This document shows, piece by piece, positions 9,414 through 18,874 of a stretch of 41,663 nt of DNA; the stretch's first letter is position 1, and each line of letters begins with the position of its first letter. The DNA comes from Candidatus Omnitrophota bacterium (GTDB lineage Bacteria > Omnitrophota > Gorgyraeia > Zapsychrales > JBDRMG01), in contig JBDRMG010000017.1 of NCBI GenBank assembly GCA_043812495.1, forward strand, positions 1-41,663, read 5' to 3'. The notes under the pieces are model-generated. The model did no database searches and had not been told where the DNA came from. It saw nothing but the letters and a program-made list of their open reading frames with translations. The position numbers were made by a program, and so were the translations under genes.

Positions 9414-9596
9414 TTTCAATGAGGCCCGCACTTGCGGAATGATAATGCCCGCTATTTTCTTAATATTTTGCGAGGTCTCGTCAATTCGACTTTGTCGAAT
9501 TGACGGAAACGCAAGTGCGAGGCCGAATTGACCCCCACACCAATTATTTCATAATTGGTGTGGGGGACAAAATAAATACAATTATAATATTTCCTT
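9414..9596 (-). promoter_or_regulatory. Conserved promoter/structured-leader cassette, copy 1 (upstream of the PIN/TRAM gene)
   Basis: Shares three blocks with 20850-20992 (plus strand): tttcaatRaggcc, ggccgaattgacccc and aattataatatttcctt, separated by hairpins of different sequence. Confidence 0.7.
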
Positions 9597-9641
9597 AAAT
9601 AAAGACGGATAAATCCTTGAACAGATAATTCATGCTGTTCT

Positions 9642-11003
9642 TTAAAGACGATCTAGGGCTTCTTTGACATTTTTAACAGAGATCACATCCAAGCTGCCCT
9701 TTTTAAGATCGTTTTTGCGCTTAAGATTATTCTCAGGCATAATGCACTTTTTAAAACCCAGTTTCTGTGCCTCATTGAGGCGAACGGCGATCTGGCTTAC
9801 GCTTCGTACTTCCGACGACAAGCCAACTTCGCCCAGAACAACGACTTCTGAGCTAATTTTTTTATCCAGAAGAGCGCTTGCTACGGCAACCGCAACACCT
9901 AAGTCTGCCGCCGGGTCCTCAATCTTTACACCCCCAACAACATTCAAGAAAATATCTTTGTCTTGAAGGTTCAAACCGATCTTTTTCTCAAGTACGGCCA
10001 CCAATAGCGCCAATCGGTTGACATCAAACCCTTGCGCTTTTTGGCGTGCGATGCCAAAGTTCGCCCGACTCACCAAACCCTGGATTTCAACACAAAAAGG
10101 CCTGGTCCCTTCCAGAATCGGCACAACCACAGAACCGGATGAATCTTTGGCGCGTTCCGAAAGAAAAATTTCGGATGGATTCAAAACTTCAATTAAGCCA
10201 CCGGACGTCATCTCGAAAACACCGATTTCATTTGTTGAGCCAAATCGATTTTTCATCGCACGCAAGATGCGGTATGTCGAATAACGCTCTCCTTCGAAAT
10301 ACAAAACGGTATCCACCACATGCTCCAACACGCGCGGGCCCGCCAGTGTCCCTTCTTTGGTCACGTGACCGATGATGAATAGGGCCACGGTCTTGGCTTT
10401 GGCTGTTTGCGTCAAAATATTGGCACATTCTCGGACCTGGCTTACGCTTCCCGGACTCGATGCGATATCCGGATGATAAATCACCTGGATCGAATCAATA
10501 ATAACAATTTCCGGCTGAATCTTATCAATATACTCGAGAATGAGCTGCAGGTTGATCTGGTTGACAATATAGATATTGTCGCGCCCGTTGATGGCAATGC
10601 GGTCGGCCCGCATTTTAGTCTGCTGAACAGATTCTTCACCGCTTACATAAAGAACCTTGTGTCCCTTTTGGCTCAAAAGACAAGCTATTTGTAAGGATAA
10701 TGTCGATTTTCCTATTCCCGGGTCACCGCCGATGAGCGTAACGGATCCCGGAACCACGCCGCCTCCAACAACGCGATCAAATTCAATCAGCGTTGTCTGA
10801 TAACGTTGCTTAGTTTCTGAAGGCACATCCAAAAGGCATACCGGAGCTTCCCGAGCGAACACCTGCTCATGATGTCCTGGAGCCTCAAAAGAAGCAACCT
10901 CTTCAACCAATGTGTTCCAATTCTGACAGCTGGGGCATTTACCCAGCCAGGCTGGAGATTGCGCTCCGCAATTCTGGCAGATAAAAAGTGTTTTTGTCTT
11001 CAT
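9642..11003 (-). CDS. radA: DNA repair protein RadA/Sms
   Basis: C4 zinc finger, GGDPGIGKST, KNRFG, Lon-like C-terminus. Confidence 0.97.
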   Translation of the reverse strand: MKTKTLFICQNCGAQSPAWLGKCPSCQNWNTLVEEVASFEAPGHHEQVFAREAPVCLLDVPSETKQRYQTTLIEFDRVVGGGVVPGSVTLIGGDPGIGKSTLSLQIACLLSQKGHKVLYVSGEESVQQTKMRADRIAINGRDNIYIVNQINLQLILEYIDKIQPEIVIIDSIQVIYHPDIASSPGSVSQVRECANILTQTAKAKTVALFIIGHVTKEGTLAGPRVLEHVVDTVLYFEGERYSTYRILRAMKNRFGSTNEIGVFEMTSGGLIEVLNPSEIFLSERAKDSSGSVVVPILEGTRPFCVEIQGLVSRANFGIARQKAQGFDVNRLALLVAVLEKKIGLNLQDKDIFLNVVGGVKIEDPAADLGVAVAVASALLDKKISSEVVVLGEVGLSSEVRSVSQIAVRLNEAQKLGFKKCIMPENNLKRKNDLKKGSLDVISVKNVKEALDRL

Positions 11004-11009
11004 GTCCTA

Positions 11010-11990
11010 TTAAAATTCAATGCTATGTTCAACACCCAAAAGGCCTTCTTCTTTGTTGGTCACATCCGAATCATCGGGTAAACGTAGACGATACTTAAAT
11101 TCTGTTGTTCCTCTCCGTCCTTCTTCGTGTTTACGTTTAATGGTCCATTCTCGCTGTATCTGGCTTTCCCCAATAACAGGGGCTTTCGTTAAAGTGTTCA
11201 TGCCTTGAGCAAGATTACACCCCTTGGATAAGTCAACATATCCTCCCAGATTAAAGCTTAAACCATCCGTCTGTGTTGCGCTTGAGTCCGATAATTGAAG
11301 AGTGGGATACAGACCGTTAAAACGAATAAGAAAGTTATCGTAATCCAAATCCCCTACAATCCCTTCATAAGAACTCAAACCGCCGGAGATGATCATGCGA
11401 TTCAGGAATCCTGATAACCGAATTCGACCTGAGGCAAAACCGGATAATTTCATATCTTCATCCGGACAACCCAAGAGCAGAGAAAAATCCGTCAGACGAA
11501 TATCCTCGAGTCCGACCTTGATATCAAGATCATAAGGAGCGAATAAACTTATATACCCGTCACAATGCAAGGCCTGCCAAGATACACTGTTGAGGTACAA
11601 GCGTTGATCTTTAATCTCAAAAGAGCCGTTCATTTCACCGACGGGTTTATAATTAATGAGCGTATATCGGCTTTCTATGGCTCCCCGTATGAATCGCTGT
11701 CCGTTATGATTTTGACCGACCGTCTCAATTTTGCTTTCGATTTCCGTGGATAGATCAAAGTGAGAAAGCGCAAGATGGTCAATCTTTGCAGCCAGATGAT
11801 ACTGGTTCTGCGCAATAAACTTAAAATGAATAACGGCTGCACCCTGACCTTTGAACCCTAGATTCACATCAGCTTTTTTCTCAAGAAAATCTATCGTTCC
11901 TTCGAAAGAAGCAAGAATCCCCGCATCAGCAACAGCTGGGTACATTAAGAAAATAAGGCAGATCCCGTAGCAAGCCAACCATTTTCCCAT
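11010..11990 (-). CDS. Exported hypothetical beta-rich protein (possibly AsmA/TamB-like)
   Basis: Signal peptide (..AVADA), Gly/aromatic alternating beta strands, C-terminal Phe; fills the clpC-radA gap exactly. Confidence 0.6.
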   Translation of the reverse strand: MGKWLACYGICLIFLMYPAVADAGILASFEGTIDFLEKKADVNLGFKGQGAAVIHFKFIAQNQYHLAAKIDHLALSHFDLSTEIESKIETVGQNHNGQRFIRGAIESRYTLINYKPVGEMNGSFEIKDQRLYLNSVSWQALHCDGYISLFAPYDLDIKVGLEDIRLTDFSLLLGCPDEDMKLSGFASGRIRLSGFLNRMIISGGLSSYEGIVGDLDYDNFLIRFNGLYPTLQLSDSSATQTDGLSFNLGGYVDLSKGCNLAQGMNTLTKAPVIGESQIQREWTIKRKHEEGRRGTTEFKYRLRLPDDSDVTNKEEGLLGVEHSIEF

Positions 11991-14411
11991 TTATTCAAAG
12001 ACCAATTGATCATTCTTACGGATCACCTTAACAACACTTCCCTCTTTAAATTGACCGCTGATGATCTCCTCGGCTAAGGAATCTTCCAGTAAACGCTGAA
12101 TCGTGCGTTTTAAAGGCCTGGCTCCGAACACAGGATCGAAACCCTTTTCCACCAAAAGTTCTTTGGCCGCCTTGTCGAGAGAAAGAGTGATCTGCTGTTC
12201 TTTCAAGCGCTCGGCTACTTCTTGGATTTCAAGGTCCACGATTTTGTTAAGATCGTCTCTCGAGAAAGAGCGAAAGACAACGATATCATCGATGCGATTG
12301 AGGAACTCCGGCTTAAAGCTCTTCTTGACTTCTTCCAGCAATTTTTCTTTCATCACCTGGTAAGAAATGTCCTCGGTTTGGGTTCCGAAACCCAGCGAGC
12401 CTTTCTTGCGGATTAAATCCGCGCCGACATTGGACGTCATGATAATAATCGTATTTCGAAAATCCACCTTGCGTCCGAAACTATCCGTCAGGCGTCCTTC
12501 CTCAAAAACCTGCAACAAGATGTTAAAAACATCCGGATGGGCCTTCTCGATTTCATCCAAAAGAATAACCGAATAAGGTCGACGCCTCACCCGTTCCGTG
12601 AGCTGTCCTCCTTCTTCATAACCTACGTATCCTGGCGGTGCACCGATCAAGCGCGAGACGTTAAATTTATCCATATATTCCGACATATCAATTTGGATCA
12701 ACGCATTCTCATCGCCAAACATGAATTCAGAAAGAACTCGCGCCAAAAGAGTTTTTCCAACGCCGGTCGGCCCTAAGAAAATAAATGATCCGCTCGGCCG
12801 GCGAGGATTCTTAATGCGTGAACGCGACCGTCTTACCGCACGCGCAATAACGCTAATCGCTTCGGCCTGACCAATGACCATCTGGCTGAGCTGATCCTCC
12901 ATTTTTAAAAGCTTTTCACTTTCCTTCTGTTCCAGGCGGATCAAAGGAATTTTTGTCCACTGGGACACAACACGCGCAATGTCTTCTTCTTCAAGCGTCG
13001 GCATCAGATTATCTCTTTCTTTGGACCAATCTGACCGCATTTTATCCAATGATTCCCGTGTAGCTCTCTCTTGATCGCGCATTTTGGCCGCTTTCTCGAA
13101 ATCCTGGCTCTTGATGAACGCCTCTTTCTCTTTTCTGAGATTTTCAATTTTTTCTTCCAAATCTTTGATCTCTTTAGGCACAACCATGGTCTTGAGTCTG
13201 GCGCGCGATCCTGCTTCATCCACAATATCAATCGCTTTATCCGGCAAAAATCGTCCGGAAATATAACGCTCGGATAAACGCACCGCGGCTTCGATGGCCG
13301 CATCGGAGAATTTCACCCGATGATGCGCCTCGTACTTGTCGCGAAGGCCCTTAAGAATTTGAATGGCCTCATCCACCGAAGGCGGATCGACCATGATGGT
13401 CTGAAAACGTCTCTCCAAAGCAGAATCCTTCTCGATGTGCTTGCGGTATTCATCCAAGGTTGCTGCGCCGATGCATTGGATTTCTCCTCGAGCTAAGGCC
13501 GGTTTCAGGATATTGGCCGCATCAATCGCTCCCTCAGCCGCGCCCGCACCCACCAAGGTATGTAATTCATCGATAAAGAGAATCATTTTGCCCGAACGCT
13601 TGATTTCATCCATAATGGTCTTGATTCTTTCCTCAAACTGACCGCGATATTTTGTTCCGGCAATCATCAAAGCCAAATCCAGCACAATAATGTTTTTGTC
13701 TCTCAGGACCTCGGGAATATCGCCATCGACGATCAGCTGAGCCAATCCTTCGACAATAGCGGTTTTTCCGACCCCGGCTTCTCCCAAAAGTACGGGATTA
13801 TTTTTTGTCCTTCGGCTTAAGATCTGCACGATTCTTTCGATCTCGTTCTTGCGGCCGATAACAGGATCGAGTTTTCCTTCTCGGGCCAATTTATTCAAAT
13901 TCCGGCCATAGGCATCAATCGCGGGTGTCTTACCTGTTTTCACAGCTTCCTGGTTATTAAAGCCGGGAATACCAGAACCCAGAAGCGTCATGACTTCATT
14001 TCTGACTTTATTCAAGTCGCAACCGAGATTTAATAAAACGCGGTACGCCATCCCTTCGCCCTCTTTGATTAATCCCAGCAAAAGATGTTCGGTACCGATA
14101 TAATTATGACCTAAGGCACGGGCTTCTTCCGCCGAGAGTTCCAAAGACTTTTTTGACCGAGGGGTAAAGGGAATATCCCCCAAAACTTGCGTTTGCGGAC
14201 CCGGCTGGACAAGTTTTTCCACTTCGATACGAATGGTTTCAAGATCAAGTCCGAGTTTCTGCAGCACGGCCGCGGCCACCCCTTCTCCCTCGCGAATCAA
14301 ACCCAAAAGAAGATGCTCCGTTCCGATATAATCGTGGTTGAGCCGTCTTGCTTCCTCTTTGGCCAGCACAATGACCTTCCTTGCTCTTTCTGTAAAACGA
14401 TTAAACATCAT
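11991..14411 (-). CDS. clpC: ATP-dependent Clp protease ATP-binding subunit ClpC
   Basis: Duplicated Clp-N repeats, two AAA+ modules ([16 protein letters not shown]), UVR coiled coil, LGF ClpP-docking loop; follows mcsB. Confidence 0.96.
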   Translation of the reverse strand: MMFNRFTERARKVIVLAKEEARRLNHDYIGTEHLLLGLIREGEGVAAAVLQKLGLDLETIRIEVEKLVQPGPQTQVLGDIPFTPRSKKSLELSAEEARALGHNYIGTEHLLLGLIKEGEGMAYRVLLNLGCDLNKVRNEVMTLLGSGIPGFNNQEAVKTGKTPAIDAYGRNLNKLAREGKLDPVIGRKNEIERIVQILSRRTKNNPVLLGEAGVGKTAIVEGLAQLIVDGDIPEVLRDKNIIVLDLALMIAGTKYRGQFEERIKTIMDEIKRSGKMILFIDELHTLVGAGAAEGAIDAANILKPALARGEIQCIGAATLDEYRKHIEKDSALERRFQTIMVDPPSVDEAIQILKGLRDKYEAHHRVKFSDAAIEAAVRLSERYISGRFLPDKAIDIVDEAGSRARLKTMVVPKEIKDLEEKIENLRKEKEAFIKSQDFEKAAKMRDQERATRESLDKMRSDWSKERDNLMPTLEEEDIARVVSQWTKIPLIRLEQKESEKLLKMEDQLSQMVIGQAEAISVIARAVRRSRSRIKNPRRPSGSFIFLGPTGVGKTLLARVLSEFMFGDENALIQIDMSEYMDKFNVSRLIGAPPGYVGYEEGGQLTERVRRRPYSVILLDEIEKAHPDVFNILLQVFEEGRLTDSFGRKVDFRNTIIIMTSNVGADLIRKKGSLGFGTQTEDISYQVMKEKLLEEVKKSFKPEFLNRIDDIVVFRSFSRDDLNKIVDLEIQEVAERLKEQQITLSLDKAAKELLVEKGFDPVFGARPLKRTIQRLLEDSLAEEIISGQFKEGSVVKVIRKNDQLVFE

Positions 14412-15463
14412 TAACCTCCTAATAATTTTGAACGAATAAGATTTGCCCTTTTGGCATCCCGCTCTGCCGCGGATAACTTTTTTCCTTCTAATTTCTGAAG
14501 ATGCGCAGGCTGAATCATGATGAATAATTCATTGATTTTGGCCTTATCGACATCCTGTACGATTCCGACATCAACGCCCAAGCGAACCATCGACAAAAGC
14601 TCGACGGTCTCCTGACTGGAAATAATATGAGCGTTCTTGAGTATGCCCGTTGAACGACAGACCTTATCCTCGATCATGGGCCTATTTTGGACCAGAAGGG
14701 TTTGACGAGCCTGCTCTTCTTGTTCAATGACCTGACGGATCAAGCCGGTGATATTCTGAATGATTTCAATCTCGCTATGCCCTAAAGAAATCTGGTTAGA
14801 AATCTGAAAAAAATTCCCGCTCGATTGCGTTCCTTCTCCGTAAAATCCTCGGCTGGCAAAATTCAACTTGGAGATGGCCGCAAGAATCTTATTGATTTGC
14901 TTGGTCATTACCAAAGCCGGTAGGTGAAGCATAACGGAACCGCGCATACCTGTTCCCGTATTCGTAGGGCAAGCGGTCAGATAGCCCCAGTCGGGCGAGT
15001 AGGCATATTGAAGTTCTTCGGACAGAGAATTATCTATGGCGTCGATAATATTCCATGTCTCCTGAAGATTAAAACCGGATTGCATCACCTGAATCCGCAA
15101 ATGATCTTCTTCGTTAATCATCACCGAGAGAATCTCTTCTTTAGAAACGATCAAGGCCTTGCCGTGCCCCTGGGCCGCATGTTCATGGCTCATCAAGTGC
15201 CGTTCGATGAGAAATTGTTTGTCGATATTATCCAACTCCGTCATTCTTAAAAGAGTTGAGTCCTTGAAAAAATCAATATGGCTGACGGCCTTCTTGACAT
15301 CTTCAACCACATTGTCCAGTGATTTCTTATCGGACCGATTAGGAAAAGGAATCCGATCAAAATTACGGGCCAAACGAACGCGCGAAGACATCACGATATT
15401 GGAATAGGGCCCTGTTCCTTTCAGCCATTCTCCCGTATGATGGATAAAATCATCTACTTTCAT
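14411..15463 (-). CDS. mcsB: Protein-arginine kinase McsB
   Basis: [38 protein letters not shown]. Confidence 0.95.
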   Translation of the reverse strand: MKVDDFIHHTGEWLKGTGPYSNIVMSSRVRLARNFDRIPFPNRSDKKSLDNVVEDVKKAVSHIDFFKDSTLLRMTELDNIDKQFLIERHLMSHEHAAQGHGKALIVSKEEILSVMINEEDHLRIQVMQSGFNLQETWNIIDAIDNSLSEELQYAYSPDWGYLTACPTNTGTGMRGSVMLHLPALVMTKQINKILAAISKLNFASRGFYGEGTQSSGNFFQISNQISLGHSEIEIIQNITGLIRQVIEQEEQARQTLLVQNRPMIEDKVCRSTGILKNAHIISSQETVELLSMVRLGVDVGIVQDVDKAKINELFIMIQPAHLQKLEGKKLSAAERDAKRANLIRSKLLGG

Positions 15464-15465
15464 CG

Positions 15466-15975
15466 TTACTCTTTCTGATTGTTTTGTTTATTCTCTAGTT
15501 GACGGATTTGATCCCGAATCTTAGCCGCCTCTTCAAAGTTTTCCATCTCAATCATTTGACGCAATTGATCCTTGAGTTGCTGCAATCCTGTAACCGTTTT
15601 TTCGATTGCTTTGGACATCTTCACGGGCGCCTTGCCGTAATGTTTACCCGATCCGTGGATTTTTTTGAGAAGAACATTTAAATGTTCGCCAAAAGATGTA
15701 TAACACTCGCTGCAACCCAAGCGTCCAAACTTTCGGAAATCCTCATAGGAAAGGCTGCAGTTGGTACAGGATAGTTTGATCTTCTCGACGGTCTTGGGTT
15801 GCTTGCTAAAATCCGTAAGACCCGCCAAAAGATCGGCTAAACCGAATTGTTGCTCCATTTGTACGCTTTTCTCACGCGCGCAATCTTCGCACAGATGCAG
15901 CTCCGTCATCTGGTCATCGACAATTTCGGTCAAATGAACCGTGGCCTTCTTTTTTGCGCATACATCACACTGCAT
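15466..15975 (-). CDS. mcsA: McsB activator McsA (CxxC motifs plus UVR domain)
   Basis: CDVC, LCEDCA, CTNC, GRLGCSECY, ENFEEAAKIRDQI. Confidence 0.93.
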   Translation of the reverse strand: MQCDVCAKKKATVHLTEIVDDQMTELHLCEDCAREKSVQMEQQFGLADLLAGLTDFSKQPKTVEKIKLSCTNCSLSYEDFRKFGRLGCSECYTSFGEHLNVLLKKIHGSGKHYGKAPVKMSKAIEKTVTGLQQLKDQLRQMIEMENFEEAAKIRDQIRQLENKQNNQKE

Positions 15976-15990
15976 AGCATCCTCCGGATT

Positions 15991-16854
15991 CTAATAACGC
16001 ACGCCGTCTTTTTTCGTCAACTCTTTAAATTGGCCCATAAGCTTAAGGGTGACTTTTCCCGGCTTCCCGTCGCCGATCAGGCGACCGTCCACTTTAACAA
16101 CCGGAATGACTTCCGCGGCTGTTCCGCTTAAGAAACATTCGTCCGCCACATAAACTTCATGTCGCGTTAAGTACCCTTCAATTGTTTTGATCTTAAGTTT
16201 CTCGGCTAATTCCAGCACGGCCTCCAACGTAATGCCTTTTAATCGGCCCTGAGCCGGTGTATACAAAATCCCTTTTTTGATAATAATGATATTATCGCCG
16301 GTGCATTCGGCCACAAAACCGTGAGGATCAAGCATAATAGCTTCGTCAAAACCGGCATTTTCGGCCTCGATCTTGGCAAAGATATTATTCAGATAGTTCA
16401 GGGACTTAAGCCGAGGATTGATAGCCTCCGGCATATTCCTCACCGTGGGCACCGTAATAATCTCTAAACCCTTTTTGTAAAGTTCAGCAGGATATAAGGT
16501 AATTTTATCCGTAATGATGATCACATTTTCTTCGCCTCTACACTTTTTCGGATCCAATCCGAGATCGCCTTCTCCGCGCGTCACCACAAGCCGAATATAG
16601 GCATCGTTCAAATGATTCGCCTCGAGCGTCTTGATAATGGCCTGAACCATCTGTGGCTTCGAAAGGGGAATCCGCAACATCATGGTATGGGCTGTTTCAT
16701 AGAGCCGATCGATGTGTTCCTTCAAGCGAAACACGAGCCGATGGTAAGAACGGATTCCCTCAAAAGCTCCGTCCCCGTACAAAAGCCCATGATCAAACAC
16801 CGAGATCTTTGCATCTTTTTTGTCCGTGAGTTTTCCGTCTAGATAAACCTTCAT
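15991..16854 (-). CDS. ilvE: Branched-chain amino acid aminotransferase (class IV PLP)
   Basis: DHGLLYGDGAFEGIR, KSLNYLNN, LKGIT, GTAAEVIPV; start moved to MKVYLDG. Confidence 0.92.
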   Translation of the reverse strand: MKVYLDGKLTDKKDAKISVFDHGLLYGDGAFEGIRSYHRLVFRLKEHIDRLYETAHTMMLRIPLSKPQMVQAIIKTLEANHLNDAYIRLVVTRGEGDLGLDPKKCRGEENVIIITDKITLYPAELYKKGLEIITVPTVRNMPEAINPRLKSLNYLNNIFAKIEAENAGFDEAIMLDPHGFVAECTGDNIIIIKKGILYTPAQGRLKGITLEAVLELAEKLKIKTIEGYLTRHEVYVADECFLSGTAAEVIPVVKVDGRLIGDGKPGKVTLKLMGQFKELTKKDGVRY

Positions 16855-16870
16855 CGCGCCCTCTCTTTGT

Positions 16871-17536
16871 TTATGGGAGTATTTTACCGTCACGCATGCG
16901 CAGTTTTCGCTTGACTAAGGCCGCGATGTGCTCATCATGCGTCACGATCACTAATGTTTGTTTATGTTCTCTGTTGAGTCTCATCAATAAATCCATAATG
17001 TCCCGGCCATTTTGAGAATCCAAATTTCCTGTCGGCTCATCACAGAAAATAATCTTTGGGTCATTGATGAGAGCCCGTGCAATCGCCACCCGCTGCTGCT
17101 CACCTCCGGAAAGCTGATTGGGCTTATGGTGCGCCCTGTCCTTGAGGCCGATTTGACCCAGCAATTCCTGCCCCTTAGATTTTAATTTTGCTCTTGCGCC
17201 CCCCTGCACCAATCCCGGCAGAATAATATTTTCCAAAGCGGTCAACTCCGGTAAAAGATGATAAAACTGAAAAACAAAACCAACTTTTTCATTTCGGATT
17301 TTCGAACGACGGCGGTCGTTCAGGGAATAAATCTCCTCACCATCCAGGCGAACCTGACCTTGCGTCGGCCGATCTAACCCGCCTAAAATATGCAAGAGGG
17401 TCGATTTACCGGCTCCCGAAGGCCCGACAATCGATAAAGTATCACCTTCTTGAATTACGAGATCAATGCCTTTTAAGACATACAAAGGCCGCGTCAGATG
17501 ATTATAGGTCTTATGAATATTGAATGTTTCAAGCAT
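16871..17536 (-). CDS. lolD: Lipoprotein-releasing ABC transporter ATPase
   Basis: [42 protein letters not shown]; adjacent to lolC/E; start at MLETFNI. Confidence 0.9.
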   Translation of the reverse strand: MLETFNIHKTYNHLTRPLYVLKGIDLVIQEGDTLSIVGPSGAGKSTLLHILGGLDRPTQGQVRLDGEEIYSLNDRRRSKIRNEKVGFVFQFYHLLPELTALENIILPGLVQGGARAKLKSKGQELLGQIGLKDRAHHKPNQLSGGEQQRVAIARALINDPKIIFCDEPTGNLDSQNGRDIMDLLMRLNREHKQTLVIVTHDEHIAALVKRKLRMRDGKILP

Positions 17537-17543
17537 AGTGTCA

Positions 17544-17666
17544 GTGAAACTCCATGGCCTAACGGCCATGACATCTCTGCTTTTGGCGTTTCGACGTTCC
17601 GCCTTCGGCGGAAGTCGGAACCCCGACGCCAGTCCGCCACAATCCTTGGCGGACTGGCGTCGGGGT
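17544..17666. repeat. Composite palindromic element (IS200/IS605-right-end-like hairpin plus REP-like hairpins)
   Basis: catggcc-taac-ggccatg (17553-17570); ttccgcc-ttc-ggcggaa; perfect 20-bp inverted repeat 17620-17639/17647-17666 containing GTCCGCCA..TGGCGGAC. Confidence 0.8.
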
Positions 17667-17674
17667 AAACCAAA

Positions 17675-18874
17675 TTATTCGTAGCGCAAAGCATCCACGG
17701 GTTCTAGTCGAGCCGCCTTCATGGCCGGATAAATGGTTGCGCAACAACTAATGACAATGGCACATGCCACAATTAAAGCAATATCTCCAAACTGTAAGAT
17801 TACAGGCAAGTGGTCAAAATAATAAATATCCTGCGGAAGCTGAACAAATTGATACTTCTTTAACAAGAGACTTAAACCAATACCGCCGATTAATCCAAAA
17901 ATAACACCCGTTAGTCCTATGACCAACCCCTCAAAGGCAAAGATGCGAAAGATCCCCCATCGTGAAATGCCGACGGATTTTAATATACCGATATCTTTGA
18001 TCTTGCTTGTGACCGTCACAATCAGCGTACTAAAAATATTAAAGGACGCCACCAAAATAATAAGCGTGAGAATCACAAACATTGCTGTCTTTTCAAGCTT
18101 TAAGGCTTCAAAGAAACTTTGGTTCGCCTCCATCCATGTCCGAACCAAAAAGGAATACCCCAAGAGGGCATGAATTTCATTCTTCACGCGTTTAGCCTGA
18201 TAAATGTCTTTTAATTTAACGGCGATTCCTGTGACGACATCATCCGGCAATTGAAAAAGCTCTTGGGCCTTCTTAATGGTTACGAGGACTAAACTCATAT
18301 CATAGTCGTATTTTCCGGATTTGAAGATCCCCTGGATCTTCACTTGATGCCGCCATCCTTCTCCGGAAAGCCCAGAGGCCGGAGCAATCAATGTGATCAC
18401 ATCACCCACGGAATATCCGAAATAATTGGCCAACTCGCTTCCGATCAAAATGCCTTCGTCGTTTAAATCATCAACGGAGCCTTGGACCATGTAGGTCCCA
18501 AGTTCCGTGACTTTCTTGGCCGAGGACGACTCGATGCCCCGAAGGCTCAGGGCCATGGCTTCACCTTCGTTTTCTTCTAAGAAAATAAATCTTTGAATAT
18601 ACGGCGTCGTCCCGACAATCCCATCAATACCTGAAATCTCTTGGCGCACGCGGTTATAGTCACGGATACCGATTTCTTTCTCAATCACAATATGCGATGT
18701 CGTTCCGATAATTTTATCGCGCAATTCAACATCAAAACCGGTCATGACGCCAATAATCACAATGAGCGCCATGACGCCGATGGCAACCCCTGCAATCGAA
18801 ACAAAACTGATCGCGGTCAAAAATCCCTTTTTGGCGGTTAAATATTTAAAGCTAAGCCAATTTTCATAACTCAT
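17675..18874 (-). CDS. Lipoprotein-releasing ABC transporter permease (LolC/E family, single copy)
   Basis: GVAIGVMALIVIIGVMTGF, LVASFNI.STL, KDIGILKSVG, YPAMKAARLEPVDALRYE. Confidence 0.9.
   Translation of the reverse strand: MSYENWLSFKYLTAKKGFLTAISFVSIAGVAIGVMALIVIIGVMTGFDVELRDKIIGTTSHIVIEKEIGIRDYNRVRQEISGIDGIVGTTPYIQRFIFLEENEGEAMALSLRGIESSSAKKVTELGTYMVQGSVDDLNDEGILIGSELANYFGYSVGDVITLIAPASGLSGEGWRHQVKIQGIFKSGKYDYDMSLVLVTIKKAQELFQLPDDVVTGIAVKLKDIYQAKRVKNEIHALLGYSFLVRTWMEANQSFFEALKLEKTAMFVILTLIILVASFNIFSTLIVTVTSKIKDIGILKSVGISRWGIFRIFAFEGLVIGLTGVIFGLIGGIGLSLLLKKYQFVQLPQDIYYFDHLPVILQFGDIALIVACAIVISCCATIYPAMKAARLEPVDALRYE

Noticed and set aside
9414..9596. c-di-AMP (ydaO) or c-di-GMP riboswitch
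   Set aside because: Only a superficial GGGG.AAU resemblance; the other conserved blocks of those families are absent. An Rfam search is still needed to exclude other families.
17494..17747. Short minus-strand ORFs (62-66 aa) across the lolC/E-lolD spacer
   Set aside because: They overlap real genes and run through GC-rich palindromes; no SD or protein motif.
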